Source of the DNA: Dehalococcoidia bacterium
Lineage (GTDB): Bacteria; Chloroflexota; Dehalococcoidia; Lucifugimonadales; UBA3495
Assembly (NCBI GenBank): GCA_034428795.1
Contig: DAOUHF010000131.1
Coordinates: 24,382-88,381 of the forward strand
Direction: 5' to 3'
Length of the DNA: 64,000 nucleotides
The notes beneath the pieces were generated by a model. The model saw nothing but the letters and a program-made list of their open reading frames with translations. It ran no database searches and was not told the origin of the DNA. The position numbers and the translations under genes are program-made. This document shows, in pieces, positions 60,538 through 64,000 of this stretch (position 1 is its first letter; each line of letters opens with the position of its first letter).

Positions 60538-62085
60538 ATGAAGTATGACTACGTCATTCTCGGCGCCGGTTCCGCTGGCTGCACGCTGGCCAGCCGCCTC
60601 TCCGAAGACCCGGACAAGTCCATTCTCCTCTTGGAAGCAGGGCCGGACTACCCCGACTTCGAGGCTTACCCCGACGACCTGAAGTTCGGCTACGACCAGA
60701 GCGCCTCCGCCATTGACGCCCCTCACAACTGGTCGTTCCAGGGCAACACGACGCCATTACAGACCGAGCCCATGCCGGTCCCCCGGGGCCGGGTGGTGGG
60801 CGGCTCGAGCGCCATCAACGGCCAGGTGCTGCTTCGCGGCATTCCCGAGGACTACGACGCCTGGGCCGCCCTGGGCAACGACCAGTGGAGCTTCACGGAC
60901 TGCCTGCCCTACCTGCGGAAGCTGGAAACGGACATGGACTTCGGGACCGACGACTTCCACAACTCCGACGGCTTCATCCCGGTGCGACGCTTCGGGCAGG
61001 AGACCTGGCTGCCGGCCCAGCAGGCGTTCTACAACGCCGCCCGCGACGCCGGCCACCCCCACGACCCCGACATGAACCACCCGGAGTCGGGCGGCGTCGG
61101 CCCCATCCCGATGAACAATCCCAACGGCGTACGCATGAGCACGTCCCTGACCTTCCTGAGCGTTGCCCGCCACCGGCTCAACCTGACGGTCAAGGCCAAC
61201 GTAACCGTCCACCGCGTCGTTTTCGAGGGCAACACGGCTGTTGGCGCGGAGGTGGAGAGCGGCGGCGAGCGGTTCACCGTCGAGGGCGACCAGATCATCC
61301 TTTGCTCCGGGGCCATCGCTTCGCCCCAGATATTGATGCTTTCGGGCGTCGGGCCGGCGGACCGCCTACGCGAACTGGGCATACCGGTAGTGTTGGACGC
61401 TCCAGGCGTGGGGCAGAACCTGCGCGACCATCCCAACATCCGGGTGCCCATCGAGGTCAAGGAAGACTTCCCGCTAAACTCCCAGGACCCGCGCACTCAA
61501 GTGGCCCTGCGCTACACCGCCGCCGGCTCGAACCTGCGCAACGACATTCAGATTATGGCTTCGTCTTTCTCGTCGCCCATCTCCGGCGATCCACTGGAAG
61601 CCGAAGGCATCCGCTTCACCTGCATCCTGGAGCTGGCCTACGGGTCCGGCAACCTGACTATCAGCTCCACTGACCCCGACGTCCAGCCGCAGCTCAACTA
61701 CAACTACTTCGCCGACGACCCCCGGGACCTGGCCCGAATGCGCGAGGCGGTGCGGTTGTGTGTCTCGTTCCTGGACCACCCGGACTATGTCGATATCGTC
61801 AAGGAACTATTGGAGCCGACTCCCGCCGACATGGAGTCGGACGAAGCGCTGGACAACTGGCTGCTGCGCAACGTCACCACGTCGCAGCACATCTCCGGCA
61901 CCTGCAAGATGGGGCCCGACGGCGACCCGATGGCGGTGGTCGACCAGCAATGCCGGGTGAAGGGGCTGGCAGGGTTGCGTGTTATCGACGCCTCGGTGAT
62001 GCCCGATTGCATCCGCGCCAACACCAACTGCACCACGATAATGATTGCCGAGCGGATGGCCGACCGGATCAAGGCAGGAGGGTAA
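60538..62085 (+). CDS. GMC-family oxidoreductase (choline dehydrogenase-like)
   Basis: YDYVILGAGSAGCTLASRLSED and the C-terminal HISGTCKMG...VIDASVMP. Confidence 0.9.
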   Translation: MKYDYVILGAGSAGCTLASRLSEDPDKSILLLEAGPDYPDFEAYPDDLKFGYDQSASAIDAPHNWSFQGNTTPLQTEPMPVPRGRVVGGSSAINGQVLLRGIPEDYDAWAALGNDQWSFTDCLPYLRKLETDMDFGTDDFHNSDGFIPVRRFGQETWLPAQQAFYNAARDAGHPHDPDMNHPESGGVGPIPMNNPNGVRMSTSLTFLSVARHRLNLTVKANVTVHRVVFEGNTAVGAEVESGGERFTVEGDQIILCSGAIASPQILMLSGVGPADRLRELGIPVVLDAPGVGQNLRDHPNIRVPIEVKEDFPLNSQDPRTQVALRYTAAGSNLRNDIQIMASSFSSPISGDPLEAEGIRFTCILELAYGSGNLTISSTDPDVQPQLNYNYFADDPRDLARMREAVRLCVSFLDHPDYVDIVKELLEPTPADMESDEALDNWLLRNVTTSQHISGTCKMGPDGDPMAVVDQQCRVKGLAGLRVIDASVMPDCIRANTNCTTIMIAERMADRIKAGG

Positions 62086-62091
62086 ACGACC

Positions 62092-63132
62092 ATGCGTTTC
62101 GGCTCCTTCGTGTTTTCAATAAGCGGCGACCAGGCGGCCGACGGCCAGGTAATCCGGCAGACGCTGCGGGAAATCGAGTTGGCCGAAGAAGCCGGCATGG
62201 ACGCGGTATGGCTCACCGAGCACCATTTCGACGGCGCCGTGGCCTATGCGGACCCGGTGGTGTTCGGGGCCGCCGTCGCCATGCGAACCCATCGGGTGAA
62301 GATCGGGTTCGCCGTGGTCGAGTTGGCCCTGCACCACCCGGTGCGGCTGGCCGTCCAGACCGCTCTTTTGGACCAGCTCAGCGGCGGGCGGTTGATCGTG
62401 GGCACGGGGCGCGGCTCCGCCTACAACGAGTACGAGTACCTTGGCTTCGGCTCGACGCTGGAGCAGGGTTTCGACATGGTGGACGAGGCGGAAGAGCTGT
62501 TGATCCGGGCCTGGACTGAAGACAACGTAGTCCACCACGGGAAGTACTGGCAGGCGGAGTTCCCAACCCTACGCCCCCGCCCGCTGCAAAAGCCTCATCC
62601 GCCGATAATCCGCGCCTGTATCACCGAGCAATCATTGTTGGAACAGGCCGCCCAGGGAAGGCCCGCCCTCATCGGCATACAGACGCTGGACACGCTGCGC
62701 CGCCGTCTGGGACGTTTCAAGGAAACCATGACCGCCTCCGGTTTCGAGCCAGAGCAGGTGCAGGCGGCTTTGGACCAGACTTGGTGCCAGCGGGCGTTGC
62801 TGATTACAGATAGCGACGAGCAAGCGTTGGAGATAGGCCAGGAAGCCCTGGCCCGCTTCCGCCGTCACCTGGATGACGCCCGCCGGGATTTCAACCCCGG
62901 CGGTTTGCCCCCCACGGACCCCACGGCGCCGCCGCCGCCCGGCGACCAAGTGCAACATGCCTACCTGGCGGGGACCCCGGAGACCGTGGCCGGAAAGATC
63001 GAGGAACTGCGGGACGCCGGGGTGCGGAACCTGCTGCTAAACGCGAACGTGGCTCAAATCCCCGACGAAATCGTCGAGAACTCCCTTCGCCTCTTCGGCG
63101 AAAAAGTCCTCCCCCGGTTCAGGGACAATTAA
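62092..63132 (+). CDS. Luciferase-like (LLM class) flavin-dependent oxidoreductase
   Basis: MRFGSFVF...AEEAGMDAVWLTEHHF... It begins 6 nt after the GMC stop. Confidence 0.8.
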   Translation: MRFGSFVFSISGDQAADGQVIRQTLREIELAEEAGMDAVWLTEHHFDGAVAYADPVVFGAAVAMRTHRVKIGFAVVELALHHPVRLAVQTALLDQLSGGRLIVGTGRGSAYNEYEYLGFGSTLEQGFDMVDEAEELLIRAWTEDNVVHHGKYWQAEFPTLRPRPLQKPHPPIIRACITEQSLLEQAAQGRPALIGIQTLDTLRRRLGRFKETMTASGFEPEQVQAALDQTWCQRALLITDSDEQALEIGQEALARFRRHLDDARRDFNPGGLPPTDPTAPPPPGDQVQHAYLAGTPETVAGKIEELRDAGVRNLLLNANVAQIPDEIVENSLRLFGEKVLPRFRDN

Positions 63133-63186
63133 ACGCCGGGCGCGGAGAGAATGTGAAAGACTTCGACGCTCTCTACTCTCCCCCCG

Positions 63187-64000
63187 TCACCCCAACTGCT
63201 CCAAGGCGCGCCGGTCCAGCATCATTTTGACCGGTCTGATGGGGCGGAAGGTGCGGGACATCCGTATGTCGCCCGCCATGCTGAGCAGGGTATAGGCGTC
63301 GTAGGGTTCCATTCCCTTCTCGCGCACCAGGAAATCGACCATACTGCGCACCGCGCCCTTCATGGCCGGTCCCAGTTCTTCGCCGTAATAGAGCACCACG
63401 AAGTAGTCGGGCGTCATCGCCTGCGGGCTTTCGATGCCCATTCCCTTCTCGACGGTGACGCGGATGTGGCTGTCGGCGGAGCACTCGGCCCCGGTGCCCC
63501 CCACCGCGCCGTCGCCCACTACCGCATGGCAGTCGCCCAAGGCCAGCAGACCGCCCTCGACGAACACCGGCAGGTACAGGGCGCTGCCGACGGTCAGTTC
63601 CTTGAGGTCGATGTCGCCGCCGTAGGGGCCGCTGTCGCTGGCGGTCAACTGCCGGTAGGTCGGCGTAGTGGCGACGAGGCCCATCGACGGGTTGAGCGGC
63701 AGACGCACCCCGTTGGGCAGGACGACGTGACCGTCTTCGATGGTCATCACCGTCGGATAAGCCCGGTCGAAGTCCTCTGCCAAAAAGCCCCGGCCCGGCG
63801 AAACCATGTGCGCCGCGCCTTCGTCGGCTTTGGGGGTAACGCTGATGAAGTCGATCCGCAGCGCGTCTCCGGGCTCCGCGCCGTTGACGTAAATGGGGCC
63901 GATGGCGGGACCCTTGAGTTGCTGCTCGTTCAGCGCCCGCGGGTCGCGGACGCCCTCGAAGGCGTCCCAAGTCTCCACCATCAACTCCTCCCCAGAGTCG
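63187..64000 (-). CDS. Acetamidase/formamidase family protein. The N-terminus probably runs off the right window edge.
   Basis: ...IGPIYVNGAEPGDALRIDF... The reading frame remains open upstream of the track start to nt 64000. Confidence 0.7.
   Translation of the reverse strand, partial: DSGEELMVETWDAFEGVRDPRALNEQQLKGPAIGPIYVNGAEPGDALRIDFISVTPKADEGAAHMVSPGRGFLAEDFDRAYPTVMTIEDGHVVLPNGVRLPLNPSMGLVATTPTYRQLTASDSGPYGGDIDLKELTVGSALYLPVFVEGGLLALGDCHAVVGDGAVGGTGAECSADSHIRVTVEKGMGIESPQAMTPDYFVVLYYGEELGPAMKGAVRSMVDFLVREKGMEPYDAYTLLSMAGDIRMSRTFRPIRPVKMMLDRRALEQLG

Overview
High-GC bacterial chromosomal segment with dense coding and no rRNA, tRNA, CRISPR, transposase or integrase genes that I could recognise. 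The housekeeping backbone is rpoB-rpoC, pyrD, secA, a copper P-type ATPase, membrane pyrophosphatase, trpA/aroH/DAHP synthase and otsA. Alongside it are sat-aprB-aprA and many oxidoreductase or hydrolase paralogs: 2 luciferase-like monooxygenases, a GMC oxidoreductase plus a relic, an SDR, an amidase, a cyclase, a formamidase and a hydantoinase. This mix suggests a marine Chloroflexota (SAR202-like) genome, but that is inference from gene content only.

Main second-look items:
1. Three genes carry an in-frame TGA exactly at a redox-active Cys position (AhpD-like CxxU, peroxiredoxin TxxU, glutaredoxin-DinB fusion UxxC). These are likely selenoproteins that an ORF caller truncates.
2. A lower-GC two-gene island encodes an ABC-type AAA ATPase abutted to a PIN-like nuclease. 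This is a candidate uncharacterised defence module.
3. A single-chain type IIG/ISP-like restriction-modification enzyme has an acidic Trp-rich C-terminal tail that overlaps the start of a MazF/PemK toxin gene, and no separate antitoxin ORF is present.
4. A Panacea (DUF4065) antitoxin-like gene is coupled to a frameshifted RelE/ParE-like gene.
5. A flavin halogenase-like enzyme is fused to a PqqD/RRE-like domain.
6. There are three families of palindromic or MITE-like repeats. One forms a 7x ~63-bp tandem array and one is inserted in-frame in a molybdenum hydroxylase gene. Many 13-21-bp tandem duplications also sit at gene boundaries.

All calls come from reading the translated ORFs and the sequence by eye. 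No searches or RNA folding were run.
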